Assembly: GCA_030390025.1 (NCBI GenBank)
Contig: CM059432.1
Coordinates: 74,650,001 to 74,714,000 of the forward strand
DNA: 64,000 nt
Direction of reading: 5' to 3'
From: Squalus acanthias
Taxonomy: Eukaryota
Position 1 is the stretch's first letter; each line of letters opens with the position of its first letter. The notes below the pieces were generated by a model. That model ran no database searches. It was not told the origin of the DNA and saw only the letters and a list, made by a program, of their open reading frames with translations. The position numbers and the translations under genes are program-made. This document shows positions 1 through 12,404 of the stretch, in pieces.

Positions 1-1441
1 CGGTGGTAGACCCAGCCATGATGACAGCAGTCAGAGCTTGCGTGGCATCAAGCTGAGACTGCACGAGAGTAGTCTGAGATTGAATGCCAGCAACCATAGA
101 CTGCATTACAGCACTAAGACGTTGCATCGCTTCTGCCTGTGCTGCAATGGAAGCTGCCAGATTGCCCATCACACGTGGCACCAGTTCTGGGTCGCCAAAG
201 TCTCTCTGGGAGTCTACCATCCTTTCCAGACAGGAAATGATGGGCTCCATGGTGTGCGCAGAGCTTTGTACAATGTTGGAGGCGGACTCCTCCATGCTCC
301 TTACCACTGCCGACAGGCTCTCGGGCACCCTTGCCATTGCACCTATCATCTCCGTGTGCATGCCCATCACCCTTCTTCCAAAGGCCTCCCCATCGAGGTC
401 CTCATCTGAGTCCTGTGCAGCAGAACTCGCCCTCCGGGGAGCTGGCCCCCAAGCTACCCATTCCCCCTGGCCTTGCTGCAGCCCACTCGTCCCTGGTGCC
501 TCACCCTGTGCAGATCCCGCTACTATACTAGCCTCTAAAGAATGCGTAGTGCCAGTATCTGAGCTGGTGCCTGCGGGTGAGACATGCAGTGACGCGGTGT
601 CTTCTTCCTCCTCCTCTTCTCCCACCTCGCTCTCAACGGTGCCCTCAGGGACAGGCTGCTCAGGTACTTGCTCATTATCTGAAAGCATAAACGCACAAGA
701 TTCGGGTTAAGGTGAGGGGAGGGGGCAGGAAGGGAGAAATGCATGCATACAGCATGATTAGCTGGAAAGTGCAAAACACTTGTGGGGTGAGGGGTAAGTG
801 GGATGTGAGAAGAAGGAGTAGGGATGAACATACCGTTATTGTCTTCACGGCGCCCACCAACTGGCACCCTATAATCTCCAGCACTCTATTTTCCAGCACA
901 GACAGTGGTTGGGTGTCGGCTTGTCCCCCGCCTGTGCGCTCCTGCTCCCTCCTGTTGTGAGCCACCTTGGCCTGCAGGAGAAAGGAAAGTGTGTGAGTGA
1001 GTGTGGAGCAATGTGTTTGGGTGATGTGCCTGCCATAGTTGAATAGCTGTCCTTGCGTGCAAGGTGTGAGATTTGGGTGTGAGTGTTGGTAGGTAGGGAT
1101 TGTTGGTGGGTGAGTGCTGGGGGTGTGGTGCTTTGGGCAGTGTGAGCAGACTATGGTTCAGATGGTGGTATGTAGCATTTGTTGAGGCATTGACTCACCC
1201 TGACCACCCGAGTGAGGTTGTTAAATTTCTTCCTGCACTGTGTGTGGGTCCTGGGGACCACAATGCTGCCCGAGACCTGATGGGCAACCTCCCTCCACAT
1301 GTCACGGAAGACTTGCGGCGAGGGCCTCCTGCCATTTGCCAGGTAGAGCATTGCCCTCTGTCTCTCCACAGCAGACACCAACTCCTCCAATACTTGGTCC
1401 AAATATCTGCGGGCTCTCTCACTGGGGCGTGCATCTGCCAT
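1..1441 (-). pseudogene. Harbinger Myb/SANT-like DNA-binding protein gene, 3 exons (1441-1199, 971-834, 678-<1), probable frameshift in exon 2
   Basis: MADARPSERARRY..MWREVA..RTHTQCRKKFNNL; GTGAGT donor; CTGCAG acceptor then AKVAHNRREQERTGGG; TTTCAG acceptor then an acidic/coiled-coil exon open to the window edge. Exon 2 ends in phase 0 where exon 3 needs phase 1. Confidence 0.8.
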
Positions 1442-1791
1442 AAGTACAGCTGGTTGAGTCGTCCGGCTCCTTGGACTTGGCCTGCTGCTACTTGCTGACA
1501 CAGGCTCACAGGCAGCAATGCTGAGAATGAGGTTCTGCAGCATGAATGAACCTCCCTGTAAGAACTGGAAAGAGCCTGTGGCAATGATGACTTATGATTA
1601 GACTGCACCTGATATTGGTCAGTGCTTTGTAACGCCACTGAGCTAGGCCGTTAGTGCTTGATTTAGCGCTCCCATCCTTTGAGCGATGACACTGAATTTT
1701 GCGTGCAGCGAGATTCATTAGCGCCTGGAGCTAAATCTCAGACTTTTCCAAAGTTAGCGCCCACTCCTGGGCTATAATGAATTTCTCCCCC
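1..1791 (-). mobile_element. PIF/Harbinger DNA transposon H1 (partial, runs off window start)
   Basis: Ends in GAATTTCTCCCCC (1779-1791) followed by TAA. Subterminal TTAGCGC motifs. Carries a Myb/SANT gene homologous to that of 7382-11691. Confidence 0.85.
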
Positions 1792-4214
1792 TAAACGTCT
1801 CAGTATTGCAGAGGGAATTGATGTCTTACCACCATCTCACTTTGAGGAATGGATTACAGTGATAAAATAAAGTTGGTGCTGGCTCAGATATTTATGATCC
1901 GACTGCTCAGACCCGTTGAATTGTGTTAATCTGAGAATTAAACAAATGATTGCTTGGTGAGGATAATTTTTGATCCAACAATAAAGAAAACTGGAAGATT
2001 GGCAGCTGTGCATAGAATGACTTATTTAGACTGCATTCACACATCGAAGGGATAAATCTTTAAAAAAAAATAATTATGCATTCATATCTGTTAGATTTAC
2101 CTTCATTTCTGATTTTTGTAAGCCCAGAGGGTGATTTAGTTCTCCTCATTACAGCATGTCAGCTTGAAAAGCCACCCATCTAGAAAATGTCCTTAGCAAA
2201 TAAAGGAAGAGGTGAGCAAAGATTACATTTTGCAGCTGATAAAGCTGAAATGGGATTTTAACTCCATGATGTAATATAAAGAGAACCAGCTGTAAGAAAG
2301 TTTTTAAACTGAGCTTCAGCCACTAAGGAATAAAACATGTTAGTGTTTCAGTTCCATACGACAGTCAAACATCCCTTTAAAATTGCACATTGTCTTTTCT
2401 TTATACCAAACCATTGATTTAAAATATCATCCTACTTCCATGATTCACTCCTCCAGCATTCTATTTTGGCTTGGACTACCCTGAGGAATTTATCTCCCTA
2501 AGGGGATTTTTAGATCGCTGGTCTCAGAGCTGCTGCGAGTGAATTTGGAAACTATTTGGTTTCATTGATTCTGTATACCTGGTTAGAAGACAGACTGAGA
2601 GGATGAGGACTGCATGGCTGCAAGTTTTATTATGTTGCTGCATCAGCCAAAAATAACACTGGTTATGACGTTATTGTATAAATACCAATCGAATAATTTA
2701 TTTTAAGGCATCTTCTCCCTGCCATCTCCTTGTGCCACACACCATCCACAGTCACGAGGATGGGCAGGCAATCTCTCTCATTCCTCAGCCAATGCTCTTC
2801 CAAAAGCAGCACAACAGCCTGGATGCCTCTCCCTGTGATTTTCCCTCTGCTTCCTGTGGGGAAGCATCTGGTCTCCACTTTTCACTGTTCCACATTGTCC
2901 GATATCAGGAACTCAATGAGTGAGAGCTAACAGGCAGGAAGAAACCTCTCACCTTTCCACAGAGTAGTATTTTAACACTCGCCATGTTGCGCCACCCACA
3001 GAAAAACACCTTCATGTTCCATGTATTTAAACGGCAGGAGTGGCAGTGACTATTGCTCATCATACTGCTGAGCTGACTGCACAGGGCAAATTTCAATTCA
3101 TAAATACATAAAAATGAAATGATCATTAATTTTGCAGCTATGACATTGACAGAGGACGCACTAAAAATAATGTCGCTTGTTAACTGTTACAAAATTAGAT
3201 AATATTTTTCCCAGCTACTGATCTTATGCAAATTGGAGCTTCATGGGAGGTCCTAGTTCCTTGATATGCTGGCACTAATTTGCATGAAAATTGTTTTTTT
3301 TCCAAAGGCAACACACACAGATGATAATTGATCGTGTGAAATCAATAGACTGCATTTTCAGTTGCTGTGGAAGGAAACTAGTGAGGGCTCAGGTGGTTCA
3401 ATAGTCTAAAGGTCAGAAGGTTTCAGCATTGTGGCCTGTGCTCATTAAGAAAAACAGATGTCACAATAACATCTCATTATTAATATTGATAATCAAAACA
3501 TATAATGTAAACCATCTTGAAAAATATTAACTGCAAAATATACCAGCTATACAAAATATCGTAACTCAGAAATGTATGTAGTGGAGATTTAAAACAAACT
3601 GAATGCTGGAAATCTGGGAAAAGAATGTCCATACACAATGGGATATTTTAAAAGGTTTTTTTTGGTGTTGATTGAAATACCACATTCCTTATATTCCAAG
3701 CATATGTTAAGCTCGAGACTTCAACATCCAAGAGTTCAAGTTTTACTCTGGTGCATTGGCAGATTGCACTGTGTATTCGAGCTGCCCTCAATCTCTGTCC
3801 TTCATCAAATTGAAGGGGGTGGGGGGGGGAAATTGGACCTCACTGCACCAATTTTTTTGGCTCGAAACAAAGGGGAACAACAAGGTAGAATTTCACAGGT
3901 TTCCAAGGGTGCCTGAAACACAAGCAACGCCATTTTGGCTTAGACGATATTCATGTGCCCCTGGCAGCTATTTCAAACAGGCATTAGCTTTAAATATGCT
4001 AATGAGGGGCTTAAAGCCTGTTTCGTCTTCACTGAGTGGAGAATGCGCCGGCCGTATCTCTGAGAGACCTAACCAAGGGCTCTTAAAGAAATATATAAAA
4101 ATATATTGAAAGCTAGTTAAAATCAGAGCTTTAACTTCAACGACAGAAGTGCAATGAGGAAAGTAAATAAGCTATATTTTAGAAATAGGATGAAGATATG
4201 GAAAAAGTGGTTCT

Positions 4215-4600
4215 CCACATGGTCGAGTGGGTACTTCCTAGTGTAACACTAATTTATATAGAACAGAAGGTCCCAGGATTCATTCCCAGTGTGTGCTAAA
4301 TTAGCTAACCTCAGCCAGGGAGGTAGTAGGGATGCTACAGTTCACCTCAAAGCCCAGGATAAAGAAAAATCAGCCACAGTTCCCTCTCTTGAATTCCATC
4401 GTGGTCCTGCTGGACAGTATATATGAGTAAAGTGAGGCCATCAGAGGATCACCCTCAGATGTGATGCCTTCCATGGTTAAATAGGCTGCCGGCACTCACT
4501 GTCAAGGCTCCCATGTAAAGAAAGGTCATTTGGGTGAGGTACTGGAGGACTAGTGGCACGTGTGACCCTGCAAGGCACAGCAGATCAGGCAAAAATGGGG
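4215..4600 (+). mobile_element. Old, diverged SINE-like interspersed repeat
   Basis: Degenerate tRNA-like head (GGTCGAGTGGGTA..GAAGGTCCCAGGATTCATTCCC) and a body resembling an abundant elasmobranch repeat, recognised from memory. Boundaries approximate. Confidence 0.45.
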
Positions 4601-7600
4601 AGAAAATAGAATAGAAAAAAACGACAGGAATATACTTCCTCAGTTAAATTGAGATTTTGTATTTTCATCAGCACAAGGAAATGTCATTGGCCAATCAAAC
4701 CTATTCTAACAAGCACAACCTAATCAAGCAAAAATGCAGAACACTTAGATGTTTACTATTGAGCTTTGATTCTTCTAGCCTCTTGTCTAAGTCAAATATT
4801 TTGCTTACATTTACATTTTATCTTTGACTTTTAGCATTTTAAAGACCTGGATCACGTATCACTTCAATTTTAATGTGAGTGGAGCTTTCCCTTTCATAAG
4901 TTGGAGGCCTAATCAGTGGAATCACGAGGGGAGAGCATCCAAGTCTTTGCCTGTTATCCTTACTTTTCTCTGAAGCCTCTCCAACTCTCAAAAAACTACA
5001 CACAATAATACAAATAAAGTGTCAAGGTCAAAATAAGTTCTTTAAATTTACAGTCAAATGCCTTTGAGGTGTCCCCTGGTATTTGATTAGCTTTTACTTG
5101 GTAATTCTTTTAACAAACAAATCAATCTTATATTTATTTACATTTTGTCTCGTTCCAGCTGCTGCTGTCCAAATCTATCAGATCTCTCTCTCTCTCTCTT
5201 AGGGTTATATTGTCCTATTTTGTCAAAGAAACAGATTAAATGCCCATTTTTCATTGTATTCTATGACCTGCTTGCAAAATCCCAAGGACATATGGTTTTG
5301 AAGTGTGGATTGTTGAGAATCCAATTTCATTATTGGTAATTAAACACTAGCAGTAAATCACAACAAACCTGCAATATGATCTTTTAATACTGTTGCATTT
5401 TTTTTTCAAAAATGGCTCAACAACCAAAAGCCTGATTTAGTGACCTGTATGTACTTGTGAACAGTATAATGGAGAAACAGAATGACATTGTTGGTGCAGG
5501 AGGATGATTGCCAAACTTGATGTGGAGGCAACATGCATGGTCACAGACAATGGGACCTTTATGTTAACAACTTGGAGGATCTGGAGGGAGGCCTTGAAAA
5601 AAGTTGCATAATTTAAAGAACATAAAGGCAACAGTACAGTAACAGCATAAGACATGCATGGACATGAAAGTCAAACAGCTTTCATACAGTGTTCTCAATT
5701 TTCTACTCACTTCTACTTTTACACTAAAATTAATAAATATAGGAAGGTATAGCAATTGGTTTCGATGCACACTGGTCTTATGCTGGAAAGGCAAAACTGG
5801 CACATAACTGCATAGCCCAGTATTAAACAGCATAATTTTTATCAGCATAATTATTTTTGGACAACCAGGTGTGTGGAAACCCATCACCATGAGTCTCCAA
5901 ACAAAGCTACTGAGATATCTACACAGGTTCTCTTCACCTTATATGGAGTGAAAATTCTCTCCCGATAGAGACACATTCTACTTACCTAAGTCCCAAGAGC
6001 CTAGGCACAGGTTGGCAAAAGCCGAGGCTTAGGGAACCCATGTGTGTCATGCGGTACTTATGGAGTTTAACCCTGCAGCTTACTAGCCAGGACCACCTTG
6101 TCCATTAGGACATTGACTTACAGAATGATTTGGAGCCAAGTAGGAAGAATTCTTGCTCCCAGTGTTATAATTCTGTGATTCTAGGTTTACCCCTCCAGCT
6201 CCCATTAATGAACTAGACTGAGTGGTTATTCATCAATAGTGCCCTAGATTACTGCAGACATGCCATACCCCATACACAGTGGTTCCACCACTGGAAGTAT
6301 GGAGTTTATCTCTCTGCAACTCAATAATGGCGGTCTGCACAGAGCAGGATTAATCGGAGTCGACTTGAACAGCGTGTTTTATTTGGGAATTTGGAAAGAG
6401 TGGGAATTTGGAGATGTGGGGGAAGGAGTTGCTGTTTTTTGCCGACACTACTTGTAATGCTTTGTGTTACAGGTAGATATATAATTTCAGTACCCTTAAC
6501 TTAATCTAGATCAAGCAAGTAGTCAAGAAACTAAACTGTAAACTAAGTTACCTAATTACAAATTTAATTAAATTTAATTAAATAAAACAAGGTCATATAG
6601 GGATGGCAGTGCAAGTGGTGTGCCGCAACAGCAGCATGTGGGAGTTTGTGGAGAGCAATGTGATCCCGGACAACCACGTTTGCAGTAAGTTCCTGCATCT
6701 TGAGGACCTTCAGATCAGAGTTTTTGAGCTGGAGTCTGAGGTGCAGACATTGCGGGGCATCAGGGATGGGGAGAGTTACCTGGACACTTTGATCCAGGAG
6801 GCAGTCACACCCCTTAGGTTAGGTAGTGGTACAGGTCTGGTTAGTGATCAGGGACAGGAGGGTGTGACTGCAACTTAGGCAGGTAAGGGGAGCACAGGTG
6901 CAGTGCTGGAGGAGTCTTAGCCTTTGCCCTTGTCTAACAGGTATGAGGTTCTTGCTGCCTGTGTGGATGAGGGAAAAGCCTACAGGATGGATGAGCAAGC
7001 TAACCATGGTACCATGGTGCAGGAGGCCATTCAAGTGGGGGGAGTGAAATGGAATGTAGTTGTGGTAGGGGACAGTATAGTCAGGGGGATAGATTCTGAT
7101 CTCTGCAGCCGTGACCGAGAGTCCCGAAGGTTCTGTTTCCTACCCGGTGCCAGGGTTAAAGACATCTCCACGCGGCTGGAGAAGAACTTGGAGTGGGAGG
7201 GGGAGGATCCAGTTGTCGTGGTCCACGTAGGAACCAACGACATAGGTAGGACTAGGAATTAAGTTCTGCTGAGGGAGTTTGAGGAGCGAGGATCCAAATT
7301 AAAAAGCAGAACCTCAAAGGTAATAATCTCTGGATTGTTACCTGAGCCACGCGCAAATTGGCATAGGGACAAACAGATTAGGGGGTAAAAATTCACTTGG
7401 TTGCGCCTCCCGTTAGCGCCTTAAGAGGGCGCTAATGGGGCGCTAAGCCGCTAACGCCCGGGCGCAGCGATGTTTGCGCCGCTCGAGAACTTAACTTGAG
7501 ATTGTGCGGCGGCGCTAAAACTTACCGCTGCGACCACCTGCGCGCGCAGATTATGACGTCATTCCATGGTGCAACGCCCTTGGGGCGCCCCGGAGCGGAA

Positions 7601-7893
7601 ATTGAGTGGCGCCCCCTGCCTTACCGCCTGGCGCTTCCAACGACCGGAAGACTGGAACGCTATCAATCGGTGTGGGGCTGGGGGGGGGCGCTATTTAAAG
7701 GGGGCCTCTTCCTGTCTTTTTCTGTGGTCGACATTTATGCACCACTCGTTCTGAGAGAGAGAGAGAGATTCGGAGAGAGAGAGAGAGAGACTTCTACATT
7801 GACTCAACGCTTTGTGAGGTAGTTTTGCCTATTCATCCTAACTTTGTTGCTACTTTAGTTGCTGTACCTCATTACTTTTCTGGCAAAGAGAAT

Positions 7894-8924
7894 ATGGGGG
7901 CTGCACTGATTGGGGGCGTCGTCCTGCTCCAGCTGAATCGGAGGATACAGAGACGCAGACAGAGAGTGGCAATGATGGCCAGACGGAGGAGGGCCATCAG
8001 GCGCATGTACAGGAGAGCTTACCCTCCCAGGGTATATCGTGAACAGCTCTCCTACATCCATATGTCCGAGGAGCTGTGTTTGCGAAGGCTGCGATTCAGC
8101 AAGGAGGTGGTCACTGAGCTCTGCCACCTGCTGCAGCCAGATCTGCAGCCTCAGCTGAGGTCCAGGACGTCTCTGTCGGTGGCAGTGAAGGTCACAGTGG
8201 CTTTGAACTTCTACGCCACTGGCTCATTCCAAGCTGCTGTTGGGGACCTCGCCAATATCTCCCAGTTCGCGGTGCATCGCTGCATCCGGCAGGTCACCAA
8301 TGCCCTCTTCAGAAGGAGACGAGAGTTCATCTCTTTCCCTATGACCCCAGACAAGCAGCGTGACCGTACTCTGGGCTTTGCGAGGGTAGCGGGCTTCCCC
8401 ATGGTGCAGGGCGCCATTGACTGCACGCATGTGGCTTTGCGTGCTCCGCGAGAGAATGCAGAGGAATTCAGGAACAGAAAGGGGTTCCATTCCTTGAATG
8501 TCCAGTTGGTCTGTGACCACAGACAGGTGATACTCGCTGTCAATGCCCACTATCCTGGCAGCTGCCACGATGCTTTCATCCTGCGCCAGACTACTGTGGC
8601 AGAAGTTTTCGAGGCACTGCATCAGCCAGTTGGTTGGCTTCTCGGGGACAAGGGGTACGCATTGAGCACCTGGCTGATGACACCGCTCCGTACGCCAAAC
8701 ACCCCTGCTGAGCTGCGGTACAATGAAAGCCATCAAGCAACCAGGAACATTATTGAGCGCACAATCGGCGTGCTGAAACAACGGTTCCGCTGTCTGGACC
8801 ATTCCGGAGGAGCCCTGCAGTACTCGCCTGAGCAAGTATCGAACTTCGTAGTCGTGTGCTGCATGTTGCACAACATGGCAATCCTCAGGACCCAGCCAAT
8901 GCCACCAGGCCTTGTAGCACCACC

Positions 8925-8955
<31 letters not shown>

Positions 8956-9054
8956 GAGGACGATGATCATCAGCAGCACCAAGGCGGGAGGGCGGCCCAC
9001 AATGGTCAAACTGCAAGGGCCGTCCGTCAACGGCTAATAGCAAGCCGCTTCTAG
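7894..9054 (+). CDS. Harbinger DDE transposase (HARBI1-like family), 386 aa, single exon
   Basis: Uninterrupted ORF from ATG 7894; ALNFYATGSFQ HTH region, [51 protein letters not shown]; acidic C-tail. Confidence 0.95.
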
Positions 9055-9348
9055 GGCCCCTGCCATTGCTACCAACATTAATCAACCCAGCACGCAACCC
9101 CTAAGCCGGCCAAGGCACCAATAATTCCAACCACCAGCCATGTATATTTTGAATACAGAAACTTATTTATTTTACAAACTCTGTGTGTGTCAATTCCTCA
9201 TGACAAACTCATAGAAATAAACACAAAAAAACAGTCAATAACATAACTGGTTCTCACAACCTGGAGATAATGTCCAAAACACTAAACAAAAGTTGGACCA
9301 TGAACCTCGACCTTTAATAAAAAAATGACCAGCATTTTGTCACACCTC

Positions 9349-11333
9349 CTACTTTTTGCCCTTCGAGGGTGATCTCCTTCCCTTGCGCACTTCCCCCCTT
9401 CTAACCCTACTGCTCCTCCGTAATGGGACCTCAGTGGCTGCAGCAAGGCTGGTGGAAGGCTGCTGCTCGTCAGACCCTGACACTGCAGATGCCCCTGAAG
9501 GACGGCCTCGACCACTTCTGGGCCTGGAGGGCCCGGCTGCAGACTGCACCAACTCTGCATGGGCGGCAGCAGTCTGTCCTACAGGCGGTGGCAAGTGCAG
9601 TGGAGAAGTGACAGTGTTGGCAGCAGGAATGCTGTCATCGTGCGAGAGGACAGCAACTCCCTGCTCGCCCGACACACTGGCACTCCCACGGGGCAGCACT
9701 TCAGCATCCGGAGCAATCTGCCGGAGAACAGATTGCTGGCCTGCTGCGGCGCGGTGACAGCCCCAGGGACATGTGCACGAACCATCGAGGTTGGCAGCAG
9801 TTTGTGCTCGCGTGGCCTCCATCTGAGTCTGTATGAGAGCAGTCAGAGGTGGGATCACGGCAGCCAGTGACTGAATTGCAGCACTAAGCGTTAGTGTGGC
9901 ATCCGCCTGTGCTACAGCGAAATGCTCCACACTCCTTGCCAGTGACTCAATGCATTCGGGCACCCTTCCCACTGCACCCATGAGCTCAGTGTGCATGCCC
10001 ACCGCCTGGGTGTTCATTTCTGCAATCAGCCGCTCCTCCTCTGCGTCCATTGCAGTAGGAGTGTCTGGCATACTCTCCCTCTGGGGAGAAGGCCCCCGTT
10101 CTTCCCTACCCCCCCCATGGCGTTGCTGCAGCCCGCTGGGTCCTGGAGCTTCACCATCATCAGCCCCTTCCCCCCTGCTCCCCTCCGGGGAAGGCGTGTT
10201 CCCAGTGTGGGCATGGGCTTCCTCGGGAGAGGGTGGCACTGATGCTCTGGCTTCCTCTTCCTCCTCAGCTGCAGCATCACTCCCAGTGGCAGCTTCAGGG
10301 CCCGTCTCCTCAGCTGGTGAATCACCATCTGAAAGCAGGGAGGTACAAGAGTGGCTTTAGCGTGAGGACAGGGTGGCAGTAAGGGAGGAATAAGTGCAGC
10401 GAGTTAGCAAGTTGTATTGAAAGTGTCAAAGGCTGGTGTTGTGAGGGACAAGTGGAAGGACAGAGGACAAAAAGGTGATGACCTTACCATTGCTGTCCAG
10501 AACGGGGTCGGCGTCTCCAGTGGCGACGGGACCGATCACCCGGCTTGCCACAATCCTGTGGACGCGCTCCTCCAGATCGCTGAGGGGTTGCAGCTGAGGC
10601 CGGCCTCCACCTGTCCGTTGCTGCTGTCTCCGATTATGCGCCAGCTTGGCCTGTAAGAAAAAGGACAGCATCTGAGTAAATATACAACCATGGTCTTGCC
10701 TGATGTGCCTCCCATAGGTGAATAGCCCTTACTGTATACAGCCATGGTCTTGCCTGATGTGCCTCCCATAGGTGAATAGCCCTTACTGTATACAGCCATG
10801 GTCTTGCTTGATGTGCCTCCCATAGGTGAATAGCCCTTACTGTATACAGCCATGGTCTTGCCTGATGTGCCTCCCATAGGTGAATAGCCCTTACTGTATG
10901 CAGCCATGGTCTTGCCTGATGCGCCTCCCATAGGTGAATAGCCCTTACTGTATGCAAAGTGTGGAATGTGTGTGTGTGTTTGATGAAAGGGCCATAGGTG
11001 TTGCATGAGTGTTGTGCATTGGGGTTTTAAGACCCTCTGGCCATAGAGTGAGGTTGAGATGGAGGGATGGAGAGGTATTGAGAAAAAGCCACTCACCCTG
11101 ACGACCCGAGTGAGGTCGTTGAACTTTTTGCGGCATTGAGTATGGGTCCTGGGCACCATGCTCCTGGAGGAGACGCTCTGAGCCACCTCCCTCCACACTC
11201 TTCTGAACTTGCGTGGCAAAGGCCTCCTGCCACTCTCAGGGAACAGCAGACATCGTCTGCGCTCCACTGCGCCAACCAGAGCATCCAAGGCCCGCTCGGT
11301 GAAGCGATGAGCTCGTTCTCTCACCCTCTCCAT
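9349..11333 (-). CDS. Harbinger Myb/SANT-like partner protein, 3 exons (11333-11097, 10650-10488, 10328-9349), 459 aa
   Basis: MERVRERAHRFTERALDALV..VWREVA..RTHTQCRKKFNDL; canonical GTGAGT/TTACAG and GTAAGG/TTTCAG sites; 237+163+980=1380 nt stays in frame; basic NLS-like C-terminus. Confidence 0.9.
10681..10950. repeat. 54-bp minisatellite, 5 copies, in intron 1 of the H2 Myb gene
   Basis: Unit TATACAGCCATGGTCTTGCCTGATGTGCCTCCCATAGGTGAATAGCCCTTACTG, near-identical copies. Confidence 0.95.
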
Positions 11334-12239
11334 GCTTGGCAGCAAAATGGATTCACAGGTCTCTCCAGGCCGAGATTCAAGGCTGCAATGAGCAGGGTGT
11401 GGCTGGGGAGCAAGTGGCCCCCCCCGCTTTAAGAAGTGTCCGGCGCCAGTGTGTCTGTGTTCCCTCGCTAACTGGCAGCAGCTGTGCTGCGCTCGCGCGC
11501 TGAGTTAGCGCCTCACTCCTTGGCCTTTGCGCCTTAAGACAGGTGTGCAGCGCCTGCTTTAGCGCTCCACTCACCTCCCGGGGCGGTAAAAGTGAAGTTT
11601 CCTGTCAGTGCCGATAATTAGCGCCAGGCGCTAATATTTGCGTCCAGACGATATTTGCGCCCCAAATGGGGCGCGACCTAATTTCTACCCCTAGAGGTTT
11701 AAATGCGTGGCTCAAAGATTGATGCGGGAGGAAGGGGTTTTAGTTGATGGGGCACTGGTGCCAGTACTGGGGAAAGAGGGAGCTGTTCCGTTGGGACGGG
11801 CTCCACTGAAACTGGGCTGGGACCAGGGTCCTGGTGAATCAAATAACTAGGGCAGTAGACAGGGAAGATTCAGGAAAGAGTAAATTTAAAAGCAGCGAGA
11901 GAAATGTCTAGACTCTGGAGCAGAGTAGAGTTTTGGGAAAAATAAGCAGAGTGGGTCAGGAAGGGACAGAGAGAGTAACAAAGGTAATAAGGCATCAGTG
12001 ATTAAGGTGACATCAGTGATAAATAGAAATAAGTCAATGCTAAAGGCACTATATCTGAATGCGCGAAGCATTAGCAACAAAATAGATGAATTAATAGCGC
12101 CGATAGAAATGAACAGGTTTAACTAATAGCCATAACGGAGATGTGGTTGCAAAGAGGCCAAGGTTGGTAACTAAATATTCCAGAATACTTAACTTTTAGA
12201 AGAGATAGGCAAAATGGAAAAGGAGGAGGGGTAGACCTA

Positions 12240-12365
12240 CATAAGAACTAGAAGCAGGAATAGGCCACTTGGCCCCTCGAGCCTGCTCTGCCATTCAATG
12301 GCTGACCTTGGGCTCAAAGTCACTTCCCTGCCCGCTCCCCATAAGAACATAAGAAATAGGAGCAT
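12240..12365 (-). mobile_element. Two short inverted CR1-type 3' tail fragments inserted in CR1 #1
   Basis: CATAAGAAC..AGGAATAGGCCACTTGGCCCCTCGAGCCTGCTC is the reverse complement of the CR1 3' end; a second ATAAGAACATAAGAAATAGGAGCA follows. Confidence 0.75.
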
Positions 12366-12404
12366 TCTGATAATAAAGGATAGGATGAAGATAGTAGAGA
12401 GAAA

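Larger units (their letters stand above)
7382..11691 (+). mobile_element. Apparently intact autonomous PIF/Harbinger transposon H2 (4310 bp)
   Basis: TIRs GGGGTAAAAATT / AATTTCTACCCC; TAG TSD at 7379-7381 and 11692-11694. Removing it restores CR1 ORF1 (KQIR-GLNAW). Convergent transposase and Myb genes. Confidence 0.96.
6603..11870 (+). pseudogene. CR1 #1 ORF1 (zinc finger/leucine zipper + SGNH esterase), split by Harbinger H2
   Basis: MAVQVVCRNSSMWE..CSKFLHLE; VVGDSIVRG; PGARVKD; VVVHVGTND; resumes after 11694 as GLNAWLKD. In-frame stops. End approximate. Confidence 0.85.

Noticed and set aside
84..710. 208-aa plus-strand ORF and similar antisense ORFs (8224-9030, 9356-10360, 32222-32530)
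   Set aside because: Antisense shadows of GC-rich Harbinger coding exons.
2660..3200. Possible host exon or ancient Myb-like remnant
   Set aside because: No consistent splice sites plus frame and no recognisable domain.
3825..4110. Possible old Harbinger MITE end (GGGGGAAATT, internal GCATTAGC..GCTAATG palindrome)
   Set aside because: No matching second TIR or TSD found.
5560..5900. Possible decayed Penelope-like RT on minus strand (TSVHRN..LRTLYESC)
   Set aside because: Resemblance limited to a few residues with no catalytic motif; needs a profile search.
7825..9054. Host HARBI1 gene, and the ORF-track start at 7825
   Set aside because: The ORF lies inside TIRs and a TSD with a Myb partner, so it is a transposon gene; 7825 is TTG and the first ATG is 7894.
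10681..10950. Possible CRISPR array
   Set aside because: Head-to-tail 54-bp units with no unique spacers.
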